Shown one piece after another: positions 11,975 to 25,086 of a stretch of DNA of 64,000 nucleotides. The notes under the pieces are model-generated. The model saw nothing but the letters and a program-made list of their open reading frames with translations. It did not search any database and had not been told where the DNA came from. Origin of the DNA: Parasitella parasitica NRRL 2501 (taxonomy: Eukaryota; Fungi; Mucoromycota); contig MU619264.1 in the NCBI GenBank assembly GCA_025201805.1, positions 94,195-158,194 on the forward strand. The letters run 5' to 3'. A program made the position numbers and the translations under genes. Position 1 is the stretch's first letter. Each line of letters starts with the position of its first letter.

Positions 11975-14404
11975 ATGCATAGAGAAGACGAGGTAACATT
12001 CGGCTTTCTTGCCAACAACTTTCACATTAATTGGAAAAAATACAGATTGCAAGCATTAATTCACAATTAAACTATGTGAACGACGTAATTAAATGGAGCA
12101 TATCAGACCTGGATGGGTTCGTCTCATCGCTAAGTTTGAGGTACGTCTATTAAAAAAGACACCTAGCAGTATTATACCAATGCATCTATCTGTCCCTAGG
12201 CTAAGAGCAGAGGAAGCCTATATGCAAGCACTTGTAAAAATCACTGAAAATTCAGTAAACACAGCAAACAATTTACCATTAGAGAAAAAGAACTACCTTG
12301 GCGATTACACAACGACATTTCAGCAGACAACCTTGCAGTACGAAAAGTCGATAGAAAAGACAATCGAGTTGAAACGTGATTACATTTCTTGTTTGAAAGG
12401 CCAAATAGACCTACTAAACAAGGTCAAGGTATGTGCAAGTTGGAAGGTAATATATACACTGGCCAATGTGCTAACGTACACACACATACTTGTCTCGAAA
12501 GGAATCTCACGAACAAAGGAGAAAAAAGGTAAAAGCAGTGCTTGGGGAAAAGAATACAAACTACATCTCTTTCCGTTCGCGAGACATCAGCAAAGTAGGT
12601 AATATAGTGTCTTGTGACAAGGGCAATTGCTAATACACTAAAGCAGTTACATAAATCTTACATCAACAAATGCCTGGAACACGCTAGCTTGCAGAAACAA
12701 ATTTTGATATCGTCTCATCATGAAGATACCAACTCGGTTGACTATCATCCAAGTCCTCACATGGCGAGAATTTCAACAGAAGAACCGAGACTATCAAACG
12801 ACAGCGGCTCTACTAGCAGAGGAGACGACAACCATTCTGTAGGGTCATCCTCATGCCACGATTCCTCGCTAAATTCCAGTAAAAAGAGCAGCATGGCTGG
12901 ATTCATCACTCAAATGAGATCACAGCTGGCAAATGCTGCTGCTGCAAGTGATCCATCCAAGCAAAATACAAGGCTGGCCAAACTAAAAAAGGATATTACA
13001 GACACAGGTAAGGTTTCATTGTGCTCTTGCTCAATTATATGACAGATTTTTTGTTAAAAAAGAAATTGGTTCCAGATCAAGAATATAGGCAAGGTATCAG
13101 GATTTTGGAATTTTTGAGAAAGAAGCAAATTGAAACTGCAGTCCATGCAATGAGGGTAGGTGCATATTTGTACGATACGAGTTATTATTCTGCGGTATTG
13201 AAAATAAGGTCGGTATACAGCATGTCGAAGCCATATTGCTCGCAAAATCAGATGCTGTGAAGGCTGTGATGGTGACACTTTGGAAGCATGAACAAGACAC
13301 ACTATTAAGCCAAGCCGACGTGAGTATTTGTAGCAACCCCTCAGAGATTTGTGATTGACAGTTGTATCACACTGCTATTGTAGCTGGTAAAAAGCTCTTT
13401 AGATAACCTTGGTCGCTTGGATGGTGAAAAGGACACAAATCAACTTTTACTGGAGTACGAGAAATTGGAATTTATCAAGCCAAAGGCAATCTATTATGAA
13501 AATTACTACTTTGATGGAAAGTGTAAAGAGATATTATTCGGATCTGATTTGAATGACTATGCTGCAGATCACCAGCGCACTGTTCCCTTTCTGGTGACAA
13601 AATGTATAAAAGCTGTGGAAATTCAAGATAATTTAGAAAAAGAAGGTATTTACAGGATATCTGGGAGACAGAGCAACATTGATCTGCTTAAACACGAATT
13701 TGAGCGAGATGAGGAATCGGTAGAATTAGCATCGAAGGACGTGTTTACTATTGCATCTGTATTGAAAACATATTTACGAGAACTGAAACAGCCATTATTC
13801 AGCTTGTGTATGCAGGATCGTATAGAATACTCTAGTAAGTCTGGGTTTCTTTTATTTAAAGAACCAAAGTGTCAAGTGTATACTGACAGTTTTTGTAGAA
13901 ATCAAGGACCATCTTGAAAGAAAAACTATGCTAATAACCAAATTGTCTGAGCTATCTAAATCACATAGAGATACACTTGCGGCTGTTGTTGCTCATTTGG
14001 CAAAGTAAGAAATAATTTTATTATCAACAACGAAGGCTAACTACAGCAAATACAGGGTGGAAAGATACTCCCCTGTCAATAAAATGACAATGAAGAATTT
14101 ATCAGTTATATTTACTCCTGCTCTGTTTCATGATCACAATCAAGCAGAAAATAACGGCGAATGGTATTCAGATAAAGTGTTGGAGGAACTTGTTTTGCAA
14201 CATGAAACATTATTTGCACAAGCCGAGGCACGACAGCAACAGCAACTGAGTTCGTTACCCAGTACGAACATTTTAAAATCATCATTTTCTTCACCAGCAA
14301 TCACAAGCAGGAAATCCTCTATTGCTAGACGTTCAGCAGTATTGAAAACACCATCAAGCATACCAAATCTTCATAACACAGCAACTAATGACTCTATACA
14401 TTAA
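11975..14404 (+). CDS. F-BAR (FCH) + RhoGAP protein, Rgd1-like; start codon uncertain
   Basis: N-terminal helical region (R.RAEEAY, LHKSYINKC, DQEYRQGI). RhoGAP motifs LFGSDL, VPFLVTKCI, EGIYRISG (arginine finger), ASVLKTYLREL, NKMTMKNLSVIFTP. Confidence 0.85.
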
Positions 14405-14609
14405 TATTATACATGTAAAGCAAACATCTACAATAATAAATTGGCTCCCCTTTAAGTTGTTGTGGTTTTGGGAAAGACACTCTTAGCTAAAAAAATTTGC
14501 AATAGCCTAGCCAAGCAGACCATAAACGTGCAATCGAAGCAGTGAACATAAAATTAAATATTTCATATGTTAATGCTTTTTTGACAAAATAGTTTATTCA
14601 TAAAATAAA

Positions 14610-15199
14610 TTATTTGGGTGCTTCTTTATAAGCCAAAGCATGTTCCTCTTTCATTGCCGTGACGACAGAGACTAATAATTCTTTACCCTCTTCAAATTCT
14701 TCTTCCATTTTTTCACCCAATTCACCTTCGGGAAGTTTAACATCGTCCTTCATAGAACCGTCTTGGCGCATTAAGCTAAGGAAACCAGCATCAATGTTAA
14801 TAAGTGCGTATTCTTGACGATCAACGTTGGGGACATCCATATTGTGAGTGGAGGGAGAGAGATCTTCATACTTTCTATAATGAATGATAAATCGAATATT
14901 AATAAAAAGGGGTTTTGCGACACGAAGTTTTATCCACAATCCACATGTGTGCGAAGATAAAATTGTAGGCAGCTTCGTTCTTGTAAATTGTATACTTACC
15001 TGTTAGTGAAGATATCAGTGCCAATTAAATGGACCTTGGCATGACCGTGCTTACCAGTCTTGGAGGTAGTCATTTCAATAATCTTGCAGGGTCTTCCCTT
15101 AATGACGACGTGGCCATTTTTTCTCAAGGCAGAACATTGCACGGGGTAGGTTGAAGAAGCATCGGCATCAGCGCTTTGAAAATCATGCTCGTCTGACAT
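14610..15199 (-). CDS. eIF5A: Eukaryotic translation factor eIF5A
   Basis: Hypusination loop [28 protein letters not shown]. One coding intron (about 14878-14999) and one 5'UTR intron (about 15201-15269). Confidence 0.97.
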
Positions 15200-15311
15200 T
15201 CTTGGAAACAAGAGGAGCAAGTTAGCAACAAGCATCCAAATGAAACACACTGAACATATTGAACTTACTTGCAAAGAGAAAAAATTAGTGGAAATTTAAT
15301 AGAAGAAGAGC

Positions 15312-15347
15312 GGAAAGAGCGACGCAAAAGAAATCCCCCTCTTTATA
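15312..15347 (-). promoter_or_regulatory. eIF5A core promoter: TATA box plus pyrimidine-rich initiator
   Basis: Minus strand TATAAAG at 15347-15341, with CTCTTTCC starting 28 nt downstream (15319-15312). Confidence 0.5.
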
Positions 15348-15529
15348 CCTTTGTGGGGACATGTTGATCACGAAAAAAATTTCTAGTTCGACGTGGGGAA
15401 CCATTGTCCGTAAAAACAGTCCTTGGATATACGGTACACATAAAGTCAGGAATCGCCTATTCTTATTTGTGCCATCCTGACAAAAAAATTGAAAATAGGA
15501 CATTACAAGTGCTCTCTTTTTTTACAGAG

Positions 15530-16900
15530 ATATGTCCACATGGATTTTGAATTGCGCCAATTTCGTACAAGTTTTAACAATGCTTGTGATGAATTAATTA
15601 GATCTACATTGCCCAAAAGGTATCTAGTAGACAAAAGCACGTCTTATCTGTTGCCCCATATCCGCGCTCAAATAGTGTGTCTGATCATAAAAGATGTTTT
15701 CCGATCCAACACGTCAAATGTTATCAACTAGACATTGTTGCATGGCACATTTACGCTTGTACATTTTCCAAATCATTGTATCATGATACTTTGCTTATAT
15801 TTCTGTTGGTGAACTTGCTTTTGTCCTACTATTTTTAGCGAGCTCCTTACGCACTAAATCATTCAGAAGTGGCTTATCGTCGGCTCATTTTCATAATGTT
15901 TGGAAGAGAGGAGGAAACAAGGTAGCGCAAGGCCCACGAAAGTATCCTCTGTCTTGTTCTTCTTTCTGTTAGACTGTTGAGATATAAGACATCAAAATCT
16001 ACTTGACTACTACATCACTAATTGTGTTAGTGGCCCATCTCAATAGCTCCTCGAGTCTATATCAAGTAAATCAATCGCATATTTGGAACGGGTATTACGT
16101 GAGGTAAGTCACTCTCGGCTCGCACAAGAGCAACTTTGATTTTTTTTTACTCTTAATCTATGGGAATGTCAATGCACTTTTGTAAGATAATACGATATAC
16201 TAACCCCAAATTATTTGATTTTTTATTATCTGAAACAATTGACATTGTCAGACATTCATAAAGCAAATGAAAAGCTTTACGACGGCCTGGTAACATGCTC
16301 TAAAATCATTCAATCTGTATATAAGCCTCCTATGTTTTACTACCTGATTCTCGTACGCCATATTATGAAACACAAACTCAATATACTAAGCTCACCATTC
16401 ATTTCTTTATAAATATGCAGATTAATCTTGCCATTGCAAACCTGTTTAATCTTAGAAGGAACACGCCTTTACTCTAGAAATCCTTCTTATTCTTTTTATC
16501 TTCAATCATCACACTTGACTTGAGGATATCATATCTTACTGAATAACTCAAAAAACTTTTTATATATTGAACACATCCTTATTGAAAGAGTAGTTGTTGG
16601 AACACGTTTCTAAGTTATAAAAACGGAAAATCGCCAAAGAAATCTATTCATGTTTTATATAATCGTCTCGGTCGCTTAGTTTAGGACCTTAAAACTCAAT
16701 TTCAGGAACAAACTTGATCTGTATCATTGATCCAAAGTGCACATACGCAATGGGGTCTTGCTTAGTTGGATGACTCGTGAAAAGGCTTGAAGATATATGA
16801 GAAATTAAATAGACAGAATTCAAGTATATGATAAAAATCAGTAATAGTTTCTATTTGATACGCCACCCATTTTCAAAGCAGAAATTGAGTCGACACAAGA
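15530..16900 (+). pseudogene. Possible unidentified decayed gene
   Basis: Short coding-like segments broken by stops, and an orphan strong donor GAG|GTAAGT at about 16104. No family recognised. Confidence 0.25.
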
Positions 16901-17937
16901 TTCAGTCTTTTCACGCAGAGGGGTCGAAATTTTGTTTTTGATTGTCTATATTTGAGACACATGTCCATCTACATTTACTTTGTAGAATGATTGATCTTGA
17001 TGAAGAGTTTTTCTGGATATGAAAACTATTATCCGACTGGCGAAAAGTTTTATTTACTGTATCTACTCACGTTTCAACAACACGAGCTTGACTGAAGTTT
17101 GGCATAATTGGTCATATTTAGTTAGGTCCTTTGGTTTCATCATGTGTTTGCACTAACTTATACCTCATTAATACGTGTTAATGCGCTGTTATTTATTGGT
17201 TTTACAATCACTCACTCATTCAAGGAGCTAAATATGAAATATAAATTGAGTATGGAACAACTATTATTACCACATAAAAATAGAGCTCCAGAGTCAAGCA
17301 GTTTATTTGAACTCTTAAGGTAAATTATCGTTTAGCTCGTGAACATACAGAAGCATGCAGGATTCCGTAATTCGGTCAAATAGTTTAGCCCTGTTTCAGT
17401 GTTTTGGAGCGAGGAAATAGCACACATTCGCTTCAAAATAAAAGTAATTTGCTAGTGGTAAGTACATATGTTTGAGAGCATTGTTTTATGAATATACAAA
17501 ACCAATTATAAAGTTTAAAAAAAGGGAGTGAAAGCGGATCACAGAATCTGGATTGGTTTGATTCATTCATGTTGCACATAACCGATTCTTCTTTTTGTGA
17601 AACTGCTTCTGTAAAGCAAAAACAATGGTACATTGGTCCAAACACGAAAAGAAGATTTAATTCATAAAATTTAGATAATCAAAATTAGCAAGAAGAGTGT
17701 ATCCCCTTAGAGAGGATCTATAAATCGATATCAATTGACAAAAAACCAACAACAAAAGCATGTGTATCAAAAAATTTAAAATAGAGCCTTTCTCATTTTA
17801 GATATGGGCTTGAGATAGTATGGGGATTTCTTTTACCCTCTTCTAAATGTAACATTAATATTATTTATTCTTGGAACTCTTGTATATAAAAAGACGGGAT
17901 TAATAAGAATGACTCGGTTGTTTTGTCTATTTTCACC

Positions 17938-18050
17938 ATGTCTAAGCCTACAGATCAAAATTCATCTGTTGATGACAGATCACAAAATACCACATGCTAC
18001 GGCGAAGATGTAAAAATCGCCCAATGCACAGAAGATGTCTCTTTACCATC

Positions 18051-18089
<39 letters not shown>

Positions 18090-19593
18090 AGAGTATCCAG
18101 CAGTGCTAGAATCTGCGCCATTTCCTGCGTTGGGATCATTAATAGAAATCACTCAGACTCTCTCTAGAGTGAAATCCAGTCAGTCTCAGCAGAATGAGAA
18201 ATCTATTTTGGGTGAATTGGATCAGAGCGAACAGCTTGCATTCAAACAGGAACCATATCACACAGATGGGATAAGGAATCCGGGCTGGTTCACCGTGTTG
18301 TCCTGTTTTCTTGTGAATTTCTTTGTATTCGGCACAACATTTTCATGGGGAAACTATCAAAAATTGTAAATGCATATATTAGCCACGACAAATGGAAAAT
18401 ATATTAACTACAGTTGTATATCTACGAATAGATATATTGATCAAGTGTATGCGGGAAAGACAGACCTGTTAAAAATTGCATTTGTTGGCACATCTGCGTC
18501 TGCTTTAATGTTGGCTTTGGGCATGTTTATTACCCCAGTTATTCAAAAGATCGGCTTCAGGGGAACCATGCTGGTAGGTACCATTGTGTCTCCTTTGGCA
18601 TTGATCTTGGCCAGTTTTGCTACTGAGCTTTGGCATGTATACCTCTCTCAGGGTATTTTATTCGGAATTGGTTCAGCATTCGTATTTTCTCCATCAGTTA
18701 CATTGCCATCGCAGTGGTTTACAGCGAAAAGAGCGCTTGCGACAGGCATTGCTGTGAGCGGATCAGGTATTGGCGGCGTTTGTTTGTCACCAATGACACA
18801 GAGGCTGATAGTATCCATTGGCTATCAAAATACACTTCGAGTCCAGGGAGCATTTGGCTTCGGGTTGCTGTGCGTATCTACTGCACTCGCTACAAGCCGA
18901 TATCGCCCACCCCCCTCTTTAAACAGCAAGAACAGGTGGTATCACGTTTACGACAGCAGCTTGATCTCCCGTCGGTTCGTGCTATTGCTAGGCTTTAGTT
19001 TCTTTGTTCCATTTGGATACGTTGCGCCGTTCTTCTTGGCTCCGCAATACGTGCAAAGTATCGGGCTGGATGCGTCTACTGGTGCAGCCATGATCTCTGT
19101 GATGTCGGCAGCTAATGCAGTCTGTAGAATTACTTTGGGCTACCTAGCAGACCGTACTGGCCGATTTAATACCATGTTTAGTTGTACATTCCTTGCAGGT
19201 ACATAAAATCTTATTTTCAAATGTACGTACCTTCTCTAATGTATCATTTTAGGCCTGTTTACCATGCTGATTTGGCAATTCTCCACCAGCTACAGCATTT
19301 TTGTTGCTTATTGCGTTCTGTATGGGCTAACAGCTGGCGGATTTGTATCGCTTTTGCCTGTTGTTACAGCTGATATTGTTGGCGTGGAGAATATCCAAAG
19401 AGGGCTGGGGATGGCTTACATGACTACAGTCATAGGCAATTTGCTGGGAACACCTATTATCGGGCTTCTTTTCAATACGTTTGGCTGGACTGCAGCCATT
19501 CAGTTCGCGGGATCAATGTCCATCATCTCTGCAATTTTCATGCTTGTACTTCGAATGATCATGTCCAGAGGCAAATTATTCGTCAAAATCTAG
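17938..19593 (+). CDS. MFS transporter, monocarboxylate porter (MCT/Mch) family
   Basis: GWFTVLSCFLVNFFVFG, LWHVYLSQGILFGIG, QWFTAKRALATGIAVSGSGIGG, GYLADRTGRFN. Introns at about 18366-18432 and 19199-19252. Confidence 0.92.
18052..18090 (+). repeat. (CAG)11(CAA)2 coding repeat, poly-Q13
   Basis: Direct sequence, in the transporter N-terminal tail. Confidence 0.95.
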
Positions 19594-19832
19594 CAAATCC
19601 TGCAAAATAACTTTCATTTGTATTCCTCGTCAAAAATTGCATCATTATATAGTATTAATCAATCATTAAATTATCCCAATAAAAATCCTGCCTTTGTGTA
19701 CATAAATATCACATTGTTATTTTGCGGGGACAAATATGCACATTTTAAAAAAATAATAATAACCCCATTATTCTTCTTTTCTCTTTTCTTACTCTTTGTT
19801 ACAAATACACATATATCTTGAAGCTTTAATAA

Positions 19833-22800
19833 ATGGATAGGCCTCAACCACCAGACGCCTTTTCGAGGACATTAGACAGTAAACCTCGACATTCGTACAT
19901 CAGTCAAGTAAAGCAGCAGCATGCACAAGACAGCACAAGCACTGAAAACAGTTCAACAGTGAATAGACTTTCGCGTGTATTTGAAGCAAACCAGCTATTA
20001 GACAAACAACCTAAGCCTATTCCTCCTTCAAAACCTCCGTCATTAAGCAAATCTTCTAATGCAATCGAACCATCTCCAAGGCAGCCTCCTCCACCTCCCA
20101 CTCCACATGCACCTGCGCCTCCATCTAAACCACAGCCAACACAAGAGGCTGAAATTGACGAAACATCACTTGTTTTCAAAGACATCCGGGCAAGATTTCA
20201 GCAAGATACTGCCTTGCCCATAGGTAATCATCAGGCAAGTTTGCTATAGATGTTTTGTTTCCGAAAAGTGAGGCTTAACATTTTTGCATTACATATACAC
20301 TTGTAGCCTAAATACCGAATCCCCGTACCATTAATGCCCTCAAAGACTGGCCCACCTGCTCCCGAAAAGGTGATCATTGCAGCAAAAACAGGGCCTCCAG
20401 CTCTACCTCTGAAACCCAAAACGAACAGCATTGTTACGAGCAGATATCCCGAGCAACTACATCAACAGCTACCGCCCTTCCGAGGCAGCCAGTATCAACA
20501 GCAGCAGCCACAGCCTAATTTATCTATTGATACCACATCCTTCTCCACAGACGGCTATAAAAGCTTGTCTCTTCTGTCTGCTGCAGCATCTCCAGCGTCA
20601 TCTATGCTCCATATTCCTGCAGTGATATCCCGGACAACTACAGGAAACAGCAGCATTATAAGCAGCACATCCACATCCTCACAAAACTCTACGTCAACCA
20701 GTTCGAAACGAGGATGGCACATTAGTTCGTGGTTTACAAATCAGCAACAGCAGCAGCAACAGCAGCAGCAGCATGAGCAATTGAAGAGTTCGATTCGCAG
20801 GTCTGATTCCAACGTCATAGCGTCAGACATGGAAACTATGGATCTCTTATCGCCTGAATTTACTGGATCATCTGCAAATACAGCGACAAAACGAGAAAAA
20901 GTGATTGACGAACTGCTAGAGACTGAAAAGGCGTACCAAAAAGACATGTCTCTACTAAAATATATCTACTACGATGGCGCATTGAATGCAGGATTTTCGA
21001 AAATGGATATGCGGCACTTGTTTTCCAATCTCACAGAAATCGTTGAATTTGAAAAGACGTTTGTTACTGTGTTGGAGCACTCTTGCGAGCAGGACTCGGT
21101 GGGGGCCTCTTTTCGAGAAACAGTAAGTTACAACGATTGAAAGAGGTTGGATCTAACCTGCTGGGGGCTTCTCATAACTAGATGCGTGCGATCGATAGCA
21201 TATACAGCGAATACTGTAAGAGACAAGAAGATGCCGTTTTAAAGTTGCAGGAATTAGAATTACTGCCTGAAATACAGGCTTTCTTGAATGTAATATTGTT
21301 CAGTTGACAATATACTGCGAGGTTTGATCTAACAATGTCTGCCTGCATTTAGGAATGCAAGGAAAAGATCCAGGGAAAGACAACCAGTTGGGATTTAGGC
21401 AGTCTATTGATCAAGCCAGTGCAGCGAGTACTCAAATACCCTTTGCTGTTGAGAGAAATACTCTCCTTAACGCCACCCACACATATCGATCATGATGACC
21501 TTTCTGCTGCAGTAAAAGAGATTCAAGAAGTGGCAGATAATATTAACGAAATCAAGCGAAGAAAAGATATTGTAGAAAGAATTGTTGGCGACAAGAAGAA
21601 GACCGATATTAGTGTGAGTATTAGAGCTGTGTAATAAAAAAAAAAGAGAGAGGACACTGACACTATTTCATTGCAGGTTGTGTAAGGTTGTCAAAAGCTA
21701 TGTGTGATCCTGAGCTAATAATAATAGGAAATAGACATGGCATTAACAAGAGGTTTACTCGAAGAGCACAGAAATTCAAGCAGGTGACGGGATTAGCAGG
21801 AGAGCCAACGCATGATATTGTGTTTGAAGCGCTACTGCTGAAATTTGAAGAACAACAGGAACTAGTTCGCCAGCTAGCGCGAGATGTGCAAGGTTGGGTC
21901 CGACATATCAAAATTGGATTTGAAAACCTTCAGCAACTTGCATGTAGCATGGAATCGCTCTATGGCTCATGGGGAGGCGTGCGTGTAAAAAGTTTGAATG
22001 GAATAAGCGACTTTAGCAGAACGGCGTCGTACATGTCGTCTAACTTGTCTCGCGAGCTGGATAGCGACGTGCGTGGATTTGTATATAGTCGGATCGACGA
22101 TTTTTTGCGAGTGTTTGATAACCCAACGCAAGTGATTCATAAACGAGCATTGAAAATGATTGACTATGACAGAGTGAGAGACATCAAGTTAAAAGGAGAT
22201 ATACCAGACAAAGCGCTACAAGAGTCGGCAGATGCTTATGTCTCTATCAATGGCCAGCTTGTGGATGAATTGCCAAAATTCTTTAATTTGACGGCAAAGT
22301 ATTTCGATGTTTTGACAGGTGGAATAGCACTGGTGCAATTGAAATTTTTTGGTCTGATGCAGAAAGAATGGATCAAGCTGATAGAGCAGAATCTGGGCAT
22401 GAAGGCTGCTAGATCGTTTGAGGCCATTATTGCGAATCATATGGATGAGTTGGATAAAGTTGAGAATATAGCGAGCAAAATAAGCATACTACACAAAAGT
22501 AGATATGCAAGCAGTATAGGGAGCGATTCTCCCACTTTATCCATGTCGCCTAGACAAAGATCGGGAAACCTTTACTCTCCAAGAATAGCGTCTGATTATG
22601 GTAAATAATTTAAGTGATATTACCTACATTTCAAGTTTTTTCTAACGGACAAAATTGTACTTTAACTATGTTTTATAGCAACCGCCGGTAGTCCTTCACC
22701 ACGATTTATGTCTCCATCTACTGCAACACCGCCTGCGCCTGTAGTTGGAAATTTAATCGATTTGGAACAAGATGGACCTGTAGCAACACCGCAAGATTTC

Positions 22801-22980
22801 AACTGTATTGTTCTTTACGATTTTGAAATGGATGAAGAGGATAGGCTTAATGTGAAGAGAGGCACTATCTTGCGTGTATCACAAGATGAGGACTATCTAG
22901 ATCAAGATTGGTGGTTTGCAACTACAGCAGATGATTTCAAATCAGGTTGGGTTCCAATCAACTATTGTAAAAAATTATAA
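19833..22980 (+). CDS. Dbl-homology RhoGEF + BAR + SH3 protein (Tuba/DNMBP/Gef1-like)
   Basis: Pro-rich N-terminus. DH motifs REKVIDELLETEKAYQKDM and LIKPVQRVLKYPLLL..NINEIKRR. BAR KRALKMIDYDR..NGQLVDELP. C-terminal SH3 LYDF..WW..GWVPINY. Confidence 0.9.
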
Positions 22981-23955
22981 CTATCTTCTATAATATTATG
23001 TAAAATATAACTTTTATATATATGTATATATATACAAATCATTAACATGTATATATTATGACATTTAATAAAACTTGATATAAGGTGCTCGAATCCTAGT
23101 TAATTATTCTAGTAGATAAGAAACAGATCTTTCATTACGCTTCAATCTGTGGATGCATGTATTTGTGTATGTGCATAAATCTCGTTATACTCGGTGATAG
23201 TTTAATGGTATCATTCACCCGGGAATTCCCTGGCGCCCCTTAATTCAAATAAGTAGTCGGATGCCTCCGCGGAAGGGACCGCCAGTCATATCTTATCGTA
23301 AATGTCTTTGCAAATGTCTTTAGCTGACATAATCTCATCTTGAGTTTCTAATTAAGATGTTGGTACAAGAAATTTGGTTCGCCCTGTTTCTACTTTTGAA
23401 GATCTATCTAGACTTTGATTTGTGGGGTGGGGAGGAGGAAGAGATTTGATGGAATGCATAGAATGTGAAATTATGACAATCTATTAGTCAGGTTTTCAAT
23501 ATATGGGTAAACAAACTTTTTGCTTGAGTAACCAATGTACAGTTTACAAATAAAATATAATAACCAATCAATTCTAAATTTTGAAACGCTGTTATAATGA
23601 TTAGGGTTATCAGGGTTTTCTTTGTCATTTCATCAATTATGAGCGCAAATGATCGAGTAAAGTATATAAATTTATCAAAGCTGAGTCTGAGGAATACGGC
23701 TCCATGAGATGCGAAACGGATAACCCAAACATAGGGAAAGACTTGGGATAGTTGAAAAAAGATATATTTATAAAGTAGAGATGAAGAAAGTAAAATACAA
23801 TAATGAACAGTGAAGGATAAAAGAATTTATGGAGTAGAATGATTTTTGCTTTATAACTGATGATATGTACCTGACCACAGTTCCATGTGATACAACAAAA
23901 GGGTTTTCATCCAGGCAAAATCATCATCGCACAAAAAAAAAAAAAGGTTGGGGAT

Positions 23956-25086
23956 TCAACCAAACGTACTGACTATATGTGCCAGCTGCAATAAACCTGC
24001 TTGAGATGGTTCTTTCCCATCATTTTCAGTATTTTCGTTGCTGCTGTTGCTGTTATTATTCGATAAGGAGGTAGGCGTGGAGGCTGCTGTAGTTTCACGT
24101 TGTTCATTTTGTATTATTGTTTCAAAACCGGTTGGATGCAATAATGTGAATGGGAATATTTTTCTCTTTTTTACAGGTCTTAAATAAGTAAGAGGCTTGT
24201 GTTGGTAAAATATACTCTCATTAGACTCTGCTATTACTGGAGGTGTTGGTGGCGATGCTTTCACGGTAGATTCTTCCATTTCTCGAGTATACAATGACGA
24301 CGATTCATGTCCAACAGGTTCTACTGACCATGTACCATTGCTATTTCTTCTACTTGCTGGCGTAGATTTGTCTGCATTGAAATTTTCATTTTGTTGTAAT
24401 TGCTGCTTTTGCATGTGGGATGCAGCTACAGCTCCCAGAGGTGTCGGCATATTGTACTTTACGGATGATAAACTGTTACGCTCCATTGTCGAAGGATGGC
24501 TCAGCAAATACCGGCGATAGTTGTTTAAATGTTGATCTATTGTCAAAGGTCTTTCTACACGATACGGGTCTGATCGAATTCTTTGGTGGGCATGGAGTCG
24601 TGGTCTTGGATGTGGATCTTCTGTAGTCACTTTCTTTTGTGTCCTTTTAGATTTTGGAGACATGTGCGTGCGATAGTGTTGCATCATATTATCCTGGCGA
24701 GAGAAGCGAGATAAACAACCAGGAAATAAACAGGGAAAGTTCTTTTCGCCAGTGTGAATGCGATTATGTCTAGCCAAATGTCCACTAGAGAAGCAATTAG
24801 ACATGCAGTCGCATTAGGGCCACGTATCTTACCTAGTAGTAAAGCTCTTTGCACATCCTGATTCTGCGCAGTGGTATTTTCTTTTGGAGGAGGATTCTGC
24901 AGGCGCTGACGAGGTTGCTGGTGTTGATACCGTTTCCATGGCACCGGTATTTTCATCTGAATTATCAGATGAAGGAGGGCTGGGCACAGACATGACCATT
25001 GGGCCACTGTCGTTCAGTAAGTTAATATGACGACCTGATGCATTTGTAATCAAAAATGCTGATTCTTTTGAAATATCATTCAACAT
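23956..25086 (-). CDS. Two-finger C2H2 zinc-finger transcription factor (Nrg1/Mig1-CreA type)
   Basis: KRKYHCAESGCAKSFTT|SGHLARHNRIHTGEKNFPCLFPGCLSRFSRQDNMMQHYRTH; one intron at about 24786-24832. Confidence 0.9.
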
